From positions 155,024-214,974 of the forward strand of contig MFPR01000017.1 in the NCBI GenBank assembly GCA_001784175.1: a stretch of 59,951 nt of DNA, written 5' to 3'. The stretch is from Candidatus Lindowbacteria bacterium RIFCSPLOWO2_12_FULL_62_27. Its GTDB lineage: Bacteria; Lindowbacteria; 2-12-FULL-62-27. The notes under the pieces are model-generated. The model was not told where the DNA came from and searched no databases. It was given only the letters and a program-made list of their open reading frames with translations. Positions 47,325 to 56,567 of this stretch are shown piece after piece (position 1 is the first letter of the stretch; each line of letters begins with the position of its first letter). The position numbers and the translations under genes were made by a program.

Positions 47325-47765
47325 GTGAGACGCGCCTGTCGGATATCGCCCGGGACGATTGCCGTCGGCGTTTTGCTTTCGCTTCTGTTCGTGTCCATCG
47401 AACCGGCGGCCGGTGAAAAAAACGGCCGCATCGCCATTACCCATATGCGCAAGATTGCCGGCAACGGCGGGCGGCCCGCCTGGAGCCCGGATGGAGCGCG
47501 CATCGCGTTTGATCGAAGGAGCGCGAAGGACGACTGCTACGATCTTTGGATCATGAACGCGGACGGCTCCGAACGCCGGCGCCTGACCTTTTTCAACTCT
47601 CCCGGCCATCCTCATCACACCGGCGACATCGTCAACGCCGCGGCCTTTTCATGGAATCCGGCCGGCACGTCCTTCTGCGGCGTCTTGAACCGGACGCCCC
47701 GGGGCAAGCAGGGTTCGCTCGAATTGTGGCTTTTCAAGGTCGAGGTGTCGGACACAGACTTATAG
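47325..47765 (+). CDS. short TolB/PD40-repeat protein (incomplete propeller, possibly internally deleted)
   Basis: Signal peptide; PAWSPDGARIAF...DLWIMNADGSERRRLT; only about two blades. Confidence 0.6.
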   Translation: MRRACRISPGTIAVGVLLSLLFVSIEPAAGEKNGRIAITHMRKIAGNGGRPAWSPDGARIAFDRRSAKDDCYDLWIMNADGSERRRLTFFNSPGHPHHTGDIVNAAAFSWNPAGTSFCGVLNRTPRGKQGSLELWLFKVEVSDTDL

Positions 47766-47997
47766 AGTTTCTGGCACTATGTCCACGCCACGCGCCGAAC
47801 AATTATTGTCCTGTATCGAGACACGCATACACCGGGCCGGGATTGATTTGACCCCGCGCCATCCTCGTCAACCGGCGCGGGCCGCGCGGGTTGGGTAATA
47901 ACGCCGTGGGTCTGCGGGGATCGGTATAATATTTGCTGTCGTACAGTAAGTTAAGTAGCATGAACATTTATTTGTATTTTAAACATTTACCCCGGGG

Positions 47998-49736
47998 TTG
48001 CTTGACTTGTACAGATTGCCTAATTTCCGAGCGGCGCTGGTGCTTGCCGCTCTCATGCCGGTCTTCGCCGCGCGTGCCGACTCGGCCGTTGTCCGGAATT
48101 TCCCGCACGCGGAAACGATTCAGAGCATTGACCAACGGCTCCGGTCGGCCGCCGGAGTCTACCGGCGGGGTGAGCGGGCGGCGGCCAAATCGGCGGTCGG
48201 CGCCGCATACTTTGACCTCTTCGAAGGCCGCGGGCTGGAGGCATGGATCGCCGGCCGCGATCCGGCGCTCAAGGCCGAACTCGAATCGCTCTTCGCGCAG
48301 TGCATCTCCGCTGCGCATGCAGGACGACCGACCGCGGAGTTTGACGCTGCCATCGACCGACTCCGGTCCGCGCTCGATGCCCTTCCCGCGCGCTTCGCCG
48401 ATCAGCCTCGCACGGGCCCGGCGGTCTTCGCCAACTCATTTTTGATCATCGTCCGCGAGGGCGCTGAGGCGATCTTGATTCTGAGCGCGCTCATCGCTTA
48501 TCTCGTAAAAACCGGACACGCGGGGCGCGTGCGCGTCATCTACGGTGGCGCCGGCGCGGCGCTTTTCGCCGGGATCGTCACGGCCGTCGTTGTCGACGCC
48601 GCATCGACGGCAAGCGGACAAAGCCGGGAAATCACCGAAGGCTTCACCTTGCTTCTGGCCGCCGCCGGATTCGGCGCCGGCCTGACGTTGATCGGCCAGG
48701 CGACGGGAGAGAATCCCGCCGTCAAGGACAGAACGGAGGCGTCGCTTTCGAGCGACCTCCGGATGTCCTTTCCCGTCGGACCCTACGGCACGATGCTCCT
48801 TCGGCATCATACCGGGCAGGGCGCGGGCATCGCGCCGCGGCTGCCGACAATGTTCGCCGGCCCCAACGCCGATCTTGAATTCAACGCGGCGCAGCCTAAC
48901 CTCGTCGAGGCCTGGTACGGCATGACGCTTCCCTGGCCGAATATTCGGGACCCGAGAATCACATTCAACATCGGCAAACTCGATCCGACGGGATTCTTCG
49001 ACGCCAATCGGTTCGCCAACAACGAAGCCGAGCAGTTCATGGCCACGCCGTTTGTCAACAACCCCGCCATCGAGTTCGGCGGCGACGCCAACGGTTATGG
49101 ATTCGGCGGCCGGATCGCGTATCAGTTCATGTCCGTTTATCAGAAGGGCCTGACGATCGTCGGATCGTACGGATATTTCGACGCCGCCGGCGATTTTGCC
49201 GAATCATTCCGCAAGCCGTTCCACATGGCCGAAATGGCCGTCTCGCGCAAGAACTACGGCTTCGAACGGAACGTCCGCACGTACGCGTGGATGAACCGCA
49301 AGGACCACGCGCGATGGGCAACGCCGGCGGGCGACCCGAAACACAACCGGGGATTCGGATTGAGCTGGGACGAGGACGTCTCCACCAACCTCGGGATGTT
49401 TTTGCGCTACGGCCACCAGGACCCCGACGTGGCGAAATTCGACCACTCGCTGACGCTGGGTCTGCGCGTCATCGGCAACGCCTGGCGAAGGTCGCGGGAC
49501 CATGTCGGATTCGGTTACGGCGTCAACCGCATCAGCGACGATTACAAACGCGTTTCGACCGGGACCGACGGCTATCCTGCGGACACCAACGAGCACACCT
49601 TCGAGGCCTATTACAAATGGTATGTGCTTGGCAGTTTCTACCTGACGCCGGACGTGCAGTACGTCCTGAATCCGGGGGGGACGACGACAAAGACGGCGTG
49701 TGGATTATCGGACTCCGGCAGCAGTTGAATTTCTGA
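47998..49736 (+). CDS. chimeric FTR1 iron-permease N-terminal half joined to an OprB-family porin; C-terminal frameshift in a G7 run
   Basis: AYFDLFE and [14 protein letters not shown] (FTR1), then [26 protein letters not shown] and FEAYY...LTPDVQY (OprB). The barrel end [13 protein letters not shown] lies in another frame and stops at 49736. Confidence 0.7.
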
Positions 49737-49767
49737 AGAAGAAACTGCTCGGGATTATATTACCTCG

Positions 49768-50943
49768 CTATAACTTTCGGATCAGCGCGGAAAGGATTTC
49801 TCTGGCATCGGCGACGACGCGGTGGGAAGCGACGTTGAATATTGGCGCATCGGCATTTTTATTGATGGCGATGATGACGTCGGAAGACTGCATGCCGACG
49901 GCGTGCTGGATGGCGCCGGAGATGCCGCAGGCGATATATATTTTCGGGCAGACGGTCTTGCCCGTCTGGCCGACCTGATGGCTGTAGGTGGTCCATCCCT
50001 CCTCCACCGCCGCGCGCGATGCGCCGACCCCGCCGCCCAGGAGTTTCGCGAGCTGCTCAACCAGTTTGAACCCCTCGGGCCCGCCCATGCCCCGGCCGCC
50101 GGAGACGATGACGTCGACTTCCTGCAGATTGACGGCTGCCTCCGATGCCTCCTTGACGCTTTCGAGGACGCGGGTTCGGGAATCATAATTGGGCGCTTTG
50201 AGAAGGACGATTTCGCCCTTCCGGCCCGGGTCGTACGTTCCTTTCTTCATGACCCTGGGTCTCACGGTTGCGATCTGCGGCCTGCGGTTCGGGCACAGGA
50301 TCGTGGCCATGATATTGCCGCCGAACGCGGGGCGGACTTGAAGGAAATTGCGGGTTTGGAGATCGACATCGAGCGAGGTGCAATCGGCGGTAAGCCCGGC
50401 GCTCAATCGGGCGGCGACCCTTGGGACGAATGACCGGCCAACCGCCGTGGCGCCGGCGAGCACGATCTCGGGCTTGTGTTCGCGAATCAGGCCCGACAGC
50501 AGGTTCGTGTAAGGCTCGTCATTGAATTCCTTCAGCTCGGGGCTGTCATAGAGATAGACCTTCTCAGCGCCCCACTTGATCAGCTCTTCCGCCTCGGCTT
50601 GCCCGGCGCCGAAAATCGCCGCCGTGAGGCAGACACCGAGTTTGTCCGCCAGATGCCGGCCCGCGCCGATGAGTTCGATGGCGACCTGCGCGAGGGATCC
50701 ATGTCGCTGTTCGGCGAAGACCATCACACCCTGGTAGCTGTCGAAGTCCGGCTGTTTTTCCTGCATGCTCTCCCCGCTGACCAGAATGGCTTCGACGGGG
50801 CAGGAACTGATGCAGGATCGGCATACCTGGCAAACTTCGAGGATGACCGCCTTGTCGTCTTTCATCACGATGGCGGCATAGGGACACGCGGCCAGGCAGG
50901 TTTCGCATCCGATACATTCATCCGCATTGACAAAGAGGCGCAT
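49768..50943 (-). CDS. etfA: electron transfer flavoprotein alpha subunit with N-terminal 2[4Fe-4S] ferredoxin domain
   Basis: [12 protein letters not shown] and [47 protein letters not shown]. Confidence 0.95.
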   Translation of the reverse strand: MRLFVNADECIGCETCLAACPYAAIVMKDDKAVILEVCQVCRSCISSCPVEAILVSGESMQEKQPDFDSYQGVMVFAEQRHGSLAQVAIELIGAGRHLADKLGVCLTAAIFGAGQAEAEELIKWGAEKVYLYDSPELKEFNDEPYTNLLSGLIREHKPEIVLAGATAVGRSFVPRVAARLSAGLTADCTSLDVDLQTRNFLQVRPAFGGNIMATILCPNRRPQIATVRPRVMKKGTYDPGRKGEIVLLKAPNYDSRTRVLESVKEASEAAVNLQEVDVIVSGGRGMGGPEGFKLVEQLAKLLGGGVGASRAAVEEGWTTYSHQVGQTGKTVCPKIYIACGISGAIQHAVGMQSSDVIIAINKNADAPIFNVASHRVVADAREILSALIRKL

Positions 50944-50954
50944 TTAGCGGTTTC

Positions 50955-51749
50955 CTATCCGGGTTGGATGCAGTGCAGGGCTTTGAGTTCGTCGAGGATC
51001 TGCGCGGCCATTTCATCCGGCGTGCCGGTGATGGTTTTCCGTTCTTTTTTAATCACAGGCGCGAAGATGTTCGAGACCCGGGTTGGAGAGCCGTTCAAGC
51101 CGGTGAGGGAATCCTCCGCGCCGATATCCTGGCGAGTCCATTTTCTGATTTCAATTTTTTTTGCCCGCATTTTCCCCTTGATCGACGGCAGCCGGGGCGT
51201 GTTGAGTTCCTTGACGACGGTCATGAGCAGCGGCAACGAGGATTCGAGGACGTCGTATCCGTCGTCCATCAGCCGGTGGACGGTGATTTTGCCGGTCTCG
51301 ATTTTTTCTATTTTCTTCACGTAGGCGATATGCGGGATGTTCAGAAACTCGGCCATCTCGGGACCGACCTGCGCCGTATCGCCGTCGATGGCCTGTTTCC
51401 CGCAAAAGATCATGTCGAAGCCGATCTTTTCGGCGGCCTTTGCCAGGGCGTACGCGGTCGCCCACGTGTCCGAGCCCGCAAAGGCCCGGTCGGTCAGGAG
51501 CGCCGCGTCGTCAACCCCCAGCGCGATCGCGTCCCGCAGCGCGACCTCGGCATGGGGCGGCCCCATCGTGAGGGCGGTCACCGTCGAGGCGGGGTCCTGA
51601 TCCTTGATCTGGAGCGCGGCCTCGATCGCATGGAGGTCATAGGGATTGATGATGCTCGGCACGCCTTCGCGGATGAGGGTGTTGGTCTCCGGATTGATCC
51701 GCACTTCCGACGTGTCGGGAACCTGTTTGATGCAGACGATGATCTTCAT
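50955..51749 (-). CDS. etfB: electron transfer flavoprotein beta subunit
   Basis: IIVCIKQVPD, INPYD, AFAGSDT, GKQAIDGDTAQVGP. Confidence 0.96.
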   Translation of the reverse strand: MKIIVCIKQVPDTSEVRINPETNTLIREGVPSIINPYDLHAIEAALQIKDQDPASTVTALTMGPPHAEVALRDAIALGVDDAALLTDRAFAGSDTWATAYALAKAAEKIGFDMIFCGKQAIDGDTAQVGPEMAEFLNIPHIAYVKKIEKIETGKITVHRLMDDGYDVLESSLPLLMTVVKELNTPRLPSIKGKMRAKKIEIRKWTRQDIGAEDSLTGLNGSPTRVSNIFAPVIKKERKTITGTPDEMAAQILDELKALHCIQPG

Positions 51750-51758
51750 CGGGAAGGC

Positions 51759-52916
51759 CTATTTATGCCGCGCGGCCTCCTTGATGAGCGCCTGGCCGAT
51801 GACATTCCGCTGGATCTGGTTGGTGCCTTCATAAATCTGGAGGATCTTCGCGTCCCGCATCATCTTCTCGGCGGGATACTCTTTCATGTAGCCCGATCCG
51901 CCCATCACCTGGACCGCGTCGATGGTGACGCGCATCGCCATGTCCGACCCGAAAACCTTGGCCATGGCGGCCTCTTTTGTAAAGTCCTTCGCGCCGGTGT
52001 CGATATGGCGCGCAACCGCATAGACGAACGCGCGTGTGACCTCGACCTGCGTCGCCATGTCCGCAAGGATGTGCTGGACGGCCTGGATCGCGGAGATGGG
52101 TTTTTCAAACTGGATGCGCTGCCGGGCGAACTTGACGGCCTCGTCCAGCGCCGCCTGCGCCACGCCGACGCCCTGCGCGCCGACGCCGACCCGCGACTGA
52201 TCGAGGGTCCGCATCGCGATGATGAACCCCATGCCTTCGCGGCTGATGAGGTTTTCCCTGGGAATCCGGCAGTTGTCAAAGACGAGTTCGCGCGTCACGG
52301 AGGATCGAATCCCCATTTTGTGTTCCTTCTTGCCGAACGTGAACCCCGGCGTGCCTTTTTCGACGACGAACGCCGACGCCCCGCGGGCGCCCTTGGTCTT
52401 GTCGGTCATCGCGATGATGGTGTTGATCGCCGCTTCCCCGCCGTTGGTGATCCATTGTTTGGTTCCGTTGAGGACGTACTCGCTGCCTTCGAGCCTGGCC
52501 GTGGTCTGAACTCCGCCGGCGTCGCTGCCTGCGTTGGCCTCGGTCAGGCCGAAGGCGACCAGTTTTTTTCCGGCGGCGATCTCCGGCAGATATTTTTTCT
52601 TCTGTTCATCCGTGCCGTAGAGGATTAGCGGGTAGGTGCCGAGTGCGGCGGCGGCGAAGGTGGTCGACACGCCGATACAGGCGCGGCTCAACTCCTCGAT
52701 CACGAGGCACATGTCCAGCGAGCCTTTGCCCAGCCCCCCGTATTCCTCCGGGACGAAAAGGCTGAACATGTCGGACTGGGCGAGTGCGTTCACGATGTCC
52801 CACGAAAACTCGTCTTTCTCATCCAGCTCGGCCCGCACGGGCATGATCTTCTCAACGGCGATCTTGCGCGCGAGTTCCTGTATCATCTTTTGATCGTCCG
52901 TCAGGAAATGATCCAT
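51759..52916 (-). CDS. acyl-CoA dehydrogenase (butyryl-CoA dehydrogenase-like)
   Basis: FGLTEANAGSD, LNGTKQWITNG, KMGIR, RIQFEKPI, QIYEGTNQIQR; SD GGAGG. Confidence 0.93.
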   Translation of the reverse strand: MDHFLTDDQKMIQELARKIAVEKIMPVRAELDEKDEFSWDIVNALAQSDMFSLFVPEEYGGLGKGSLDMCLVIEELSRACIGVSTTFAAAALGTYPLILYGTDEQKKKYLPEIAAGKKLVAFGLTEANAGSDAGGVQTTARLEGSEYVLNGTKQWITNGGEAAINTIIAMTDKTKGARGASAFVVEKGTPGFTFGKKEHKMGIRSSVTRELVFDNCRIPRENLISREGMGFIIAMRTLDQSRVGVGAQGVGVAQAALDEAVKFARQRIQFEKPISAIQAVQHILADMATQVEVTRAFVYAVARHIDTGAKDFTKEAAMAKVFGSDMAMRVTIDAVQVMGGSGYMKEYPAEKMMRDAKILQIYEGTNQIQRNVIGQALIKEAARHK

Positions 52917-53281
52917 ATCGTCATCCTCCACCGTTCTGCTGACCGTCCACGGCCAAGCCGCCGATGAAAGGCCCATTTGAGCACAGTCGGGGTGGACTAT
53001 CAAGAAAGAGGGAATGACCCCCAGAAGTTCCTCACGCCTCTGAAAAATCTGGGGGGGGGGTAAAAGCCCCCTCCCGGTTGAAGCCAAAAAAACGAAATAT
53101 TTTTGAAAAAAGATGGGGAAATCCCGGAGAATAGGTCCGGGAGGGGGACAAACTCACCAGTTGAAGGCATACAAGCATTTTGCCGAGGGGAAATTCAAGC
53201 TTTTTCATTGGGCGTCGATCCAAAAGGATGGTCGGGGTCGATATCGAGATTCTGCGGGTCTCTGAGCGCCGGCGCCGCCCG

Positions 53282-53854
53282 TCAGGCGAAAACCGCCGCG
53301 ATCCGCGCGGAGACCTCGTCGATCGATCCGATGCCGTGGATGTCCTTCACGATCTTCTTCGGCCGGTAATACGCGAGGCACGGCTCGCTCTGGTTCTTGT
53401 AGGTGTCGATCCGGTTCTGGATCACGGCCGGGTCGGCGTCGTCCGCGCGGCCTTCGATGGCGGCGCGTTTGGAGAGGCGCGAGCGGATTTCATCGTCGGA
53501 GATGGAGATATTGACGACGGCGTCGAGCCGGCGGTTTTTCTCGGACAGAATATTGTCCAGCGCCTCGGCCTGGGGTTTTGAGCGGGGGAATCCGTCGAGG
53601 AGAAATCCGCCCTTGACATCGTCCTGGCCGAGCCTCTCCCGCACCATCGCAATGGTGACTTCATCGGGGACGAGTTTCCCCTTGTTCGAATACTCCTTGG
53701 CCGTCCGGCCAAGTTCTGTGTTGTTCTTGATGTGATACCGGAACATGTCCCCGGTCGAAATGTGGGGGATGGAAAGAAGCGTCTTGAGCTTGACGGCCTG
53801 CGTGCCTTTTCCGGCGCCGGGCGGGCCGAAGAGAACGATGTTTTTACCGGGCAT
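53282..53854 (-). CDS. adk: adenylate kinase (short LID form)
   Basis: GPPGAGKGTQA, HISTGDMFR, LVPDE, FLLDGFPR, GRADD. Confidence 0.96.
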   Translation of the reverse strand: MPGKNIVLFGPPGAGKGTQAVKLKTLLSIPHISTGDMFRYHIKNNTELGRTAKEYSNKGKLVPDEVTIAMVRERLGQDDVKGGFLLDGFPRSKPQAEALDNILSEKNRRLDAVVNISISDDEIRSRLSKRAAIEGRADDADPAVIQNRIDTYKNQSEPCLAYYRPKKIVKDIHGIGSIDEVSARIAAVFA

Positions 53855-53939
53855 GATGGTCTCGCCTCCTCTGATTCGGGTTTGGTGAATCCTGATGAAT
53901 CCACGCGCTGGACCCTACCTGCCGCAAGCTAAAAGGGAA

Positions 53940-53957
53940 ATACTGCATATGCGGTAC
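53940..53957. promoter_or_regulatory. palindromic operator, copy 2 (ATACTGCATATGCGGTAC)
   Basis: Intergenic, about 85 nt upstream of adk. Confidence 0.7.
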
Positions 53958-53968
53958 TCCCCCCGCGC

Positions 53969-55501
53969 CTACGCAAGGCCGAGCAGCGGGCAAAGAACAA
54001 AAAGGCCGAGCCAGAGGGTAAAGAAACCGATCACGTCGAATAGAATCCCGGCGCGGACCATTTTGGTGATCGGCACCAGACCCGAGCCGTAGACGATGGC
54101 GTTCGGCGGCGTCGACACCGGAAGGCAGAACCCGTAGCTGGCGCCGAGACACGCGCCGAGGGCCGGCGGCAGAAGCGGCACGCCGGCCTCTTTCGCCACC
54201 GCCATCGCCACCGGAATGACCATGCTCGCCGCCGCCGTGTTGGAGGTCAGTTCGCTCAAAACGATCGCCATCCCGATCGACAGGCCCGTGATCGGCCAGA
54301 GCGTGTGGACGTCGAGAATCCGGGTAAGGCCGCCGCCGAGCGCCTGCGCGACGCCGGTTTTGAACATCTGATCGCCCAAGCTAAGCCCGCCGCCGAAGAG
54401 CAGGATCGTCCCCCAGTCGATCCCGGCGGCGTCGCGCCACGTGAACGTCATGCGCTCGAATCGGCGGTCCAGCGGCATGAGGAAGAGAAGGCATCCGGCC
54501 AGGAGCGCGACGACCGATTCGTTCAGGCGCGCGTCAATCCATTTGAACGCCGGCGAACCGGACCCGCACGCAAGACCGATCGCGCCCGGAAGGATCCAGA
54601 GAGACACGGCGAGTCCGAAGGCGGCGAGGGTGTTGCGCTCGCCGGCGGACCAAAGAGGTGACGCTGCCCCCGTCTCTGTATTTTCCCCTCTCCCGCCTCT
54701 GGCGGGAGAGGGCAAGGGTGAGGGTGGCAAATGGCCGCCGGCGGGGTGCAAGACATACAGGAGACTGAAGAGCACGGCAAACATGACCGCTGTCAAAGGA
54801 ACGCCGATCAGCATCCACTGAAAAAACGTGATCCGCACGCCCGCCTGCTCCGCGATGAATCCGATCCCGATCAGATTCGGCGGCGTTCCGACCGGCGTGG
54901 CCAGCCCTCCGACGCTTGAGGCGTACGCCGCCATGAGCATCAGCCCGCAGGCATAGCGGCGGCCGGCGTTCAGACTGCGGATGAGCCCGAGCGCGATCGG
55001 AAACATCATCGCCGTCGCCGCCGTGTTGCTGATCCACATCGAGAGAAACGCCGTGAGGCCGCCGAAGGCCAGCATCACGCGGGCGGGATGTCCCCGCACA
55101 AAACGCCACGCGAGAACGCTCGACGCGATCCGCCGGTCGAGCCCGTGCGTTGACATCGATTTCGCGAGGAAAAAACTTCCGATGAACAGAAAAATCAGCG
55201 GATGCGCGAACGGCGCGAAAATATTTTTCGCGCTGTCCACGCCGAGGAGCACGCACAGCGCCGCGCCCAAAAGCGCCGTCGCCGAAATCGGGATCGGCTC
55301 GCAGATCCAGTACGTCCCGACCAGCGCCAGAATCGCCGACAGCGCGTGTCCCTGCGCCGAAAGGGGCGCCGGCCAAAAAAAGATCAGAACGCCGAGCGCG
55401 GGCCCCAAGAGCAGCCCGGCCTGCGCCCGGCGTCGCGAAAAGCGCTCCTCCGCATCGGATAGTATCTCTCCGACCGCCCCTTCGTCGTGGATCATCAACA
55501 C
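53969..55501 (-). CDS. SLC13/DASS family sodium-coupled di-/tricarboxylate or sulfate symporter
   Basis: FLSMWISNTAAT, TPVGTPPN, ELTSNTA, LPVSTPPNAI. Confidence 0.93.
   Translation of the reverse strand: MLMIHDEGAVGEILSDAEERFSRRRAQAGLLLGPALGVLIFFWPAPLSAQGHALSAILALVGTYWICEPIPISATALLGAALCVLLGVDSAKNIFAPFAHPLIFLFIGSFFLAKSMSTHGLDRRIASSVLAWRFVRGHPARVMLAFGGLTAFLSMWISNTAATAMMFPIALGLIRSLNAGRRYACGLMLMAAYASSVGGLATPVGTPPNLIGIGFIAEQAGVRITFFQWMLIGVPLTAVMFAVLFSLLYVLHPAGGHLPPSPLPSPARGGRGENTETGAASPLWSAGERNTLAAFGLAVSLWILPGAIGLACGSGSPAFKWIDARLNESVVALLAGCLLFLMPLDRRFERMTFTWRDAAGIDWGTILLFGGGLSLGDQMFKTGVAQALGGGLTRILDVHTLWPITGLSIGMAIVLSELTSNTAAASMVIPVAMAVAKEAGVPLLPPALGACLGASYGFCLPVSTPPNAIVYGSGLVPITKMVRAGILFDVIGFFTLWLGLFVLCPLLGLA
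54685..54726 (-). repeat. REP-like CCCTCTCCC hairpin element inserted in-frame in the SLC13 gene
   Basis: Minus strand CCCTCACCCTTGCCCTCTCCCGCCAGAGGCGGGAGAGGG with a perfect 12-bp stem; translated PSPLPSPARGGRG. Confidence 0.7.
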
Positions 55502-55560
55502 GCGCCGGTGTACGCCTTCCGCCGCGGTTTGTCAAACGACCTGCGCCCTTTTTCAGTGAA

Positions 55561-55578
55561 ATACTGCAATTGCGGTAT
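55561..55578. promoter_or_regulatory. palindromic operator, copy 3 (ATACTGCAATTGCGGTAT)
   Basis: Divergent intergenic region between the SLC13 gene and PAS-LuxR paralog 2; near-perfect 20-bp palindrome when flanks are included. Confidence 0.8.
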
Positions 55579-55615
55579 TGATTCTCTCCGATTCGATCAT
55601 CTTAGATGAGCCTCG

Positions 55616-56272
55616 ATGACGCGGACCGATTTGAAGAAGTGCCTCGCGGCGACGGCGGACGGCGCGTTCGCGATCGACGCGAAGAAGCGAATCATCCTCT
55701 GGAACGCCGCCGCCCGGCGGATCTTCGGCCGGACGTCCGGGGAAGTGCTCGGGCGGTGCTGTCACGAGGTGGTGGCCGGCTACGATGTCTTTTGCAATCC
55801 CTTTTGCAAGCGAGACTGTACCATCGCGTCGATGGTCCGGCGAGGCGAGATGCCGGAGCATTTCACGATCAAAACAAAGACCCGGACCGGCCGGGACCTG
55901 TGGCTGAGCGTGAGCATTGTCGTGCCGCCGATTCGTCCTGTGCGTAGCGGGCCGGTGATTGTCCATCTGTTCCGCCCGACGCAATGGTCGGATCGGCTTG
56001 ACGTCACCGCCCGGGAAATCGGGACGCATCTTTCCCGGAGGATCGGCGGCGGGCGGCCGGCGAATCCCGCGCCGCCGCCGTCGCCCTTAAGCCGCCGGGA
56101 GCACCAGGTTCTCGGCCTGATGGCGGACGGCGTCGAGTCCAAGGCCATCGCCCAAAGACTGGGCATCAGCTATCCGACCGTCCGCGTCCATACGCGGAGC
56201 ATCCTGTTGAAATTGAAATGCCACAGCAGGCTGGAAGCGGTCTCGGAGGCGCGCAAGCGCGGCTTCGTCTGA
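55616..56272 (+). CDS. PAS + LuxR/NarL-type HTH transcriptional regulator (paralog 2)
   Basis: DGAFAID...IILWNAAARRIFG; GRCCHEVV...FCKRDC; LSRREHQVL...HTRSILLKLKCHSRLEAV. Confidence 0.9.
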   Translation: MTRTDLKKCLAATADGAFAIDAKKRIILWNAAARRIFGRTSGEVLGRCCHEVVAGYDVFCNPFCKRDCTIASMVRRGEMPEHFTIKTKTRTGRDLWLSVSIVVPPIRPVRSGPVIVHLFRPTQWSDRLDVTAREIGTHLSRRIGGGRPANPAPPPSPLSRREHQVLGLMADGVESKAIAQRLGISYPTVRVHTRSILLKLKCHSRLEAVSEARKRGFV

Positions 56273-56567
56273 ACGGGACCCCCGCCGCCGGAACCCGTCG
56301 CGGAAAGACACAATCCGCCTGAATAATAATGCAAACGCGCTAGAAAAACACCGCAATTGACGAATTGCCCCGCGCCGGGGGATGGCGGATAGTCACGGCA
56401 GTGTCTGTGTCGTACGCATCCATGGGTGCAGGCTCCGGGGCGTCTTCAGGGGGTTGGCCATGACAGGGCTGTCATTCGGTCAAGCAAACGGCGGTTTCGG
56501 AGGCAACGCGATGGTTGGAGTGCTCGGCGTGAATCGATCGGTGGTAGGCCGGACGGGAAGAGGGAAG

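Noticed and set aside
47947-47970. Fur/DtxR box upstream of the FTR1-porin gene
   Set aside because: AT-rich with only a weak dyad (AAGTTAAG...ATGAACAT); not distinguishable from chance.
56273-56560. c-di-AMP or c-di-GMP riboswitch upstream of the giant protein
   Set aside because: Only scattered short motif resemblances, in the wrong order.
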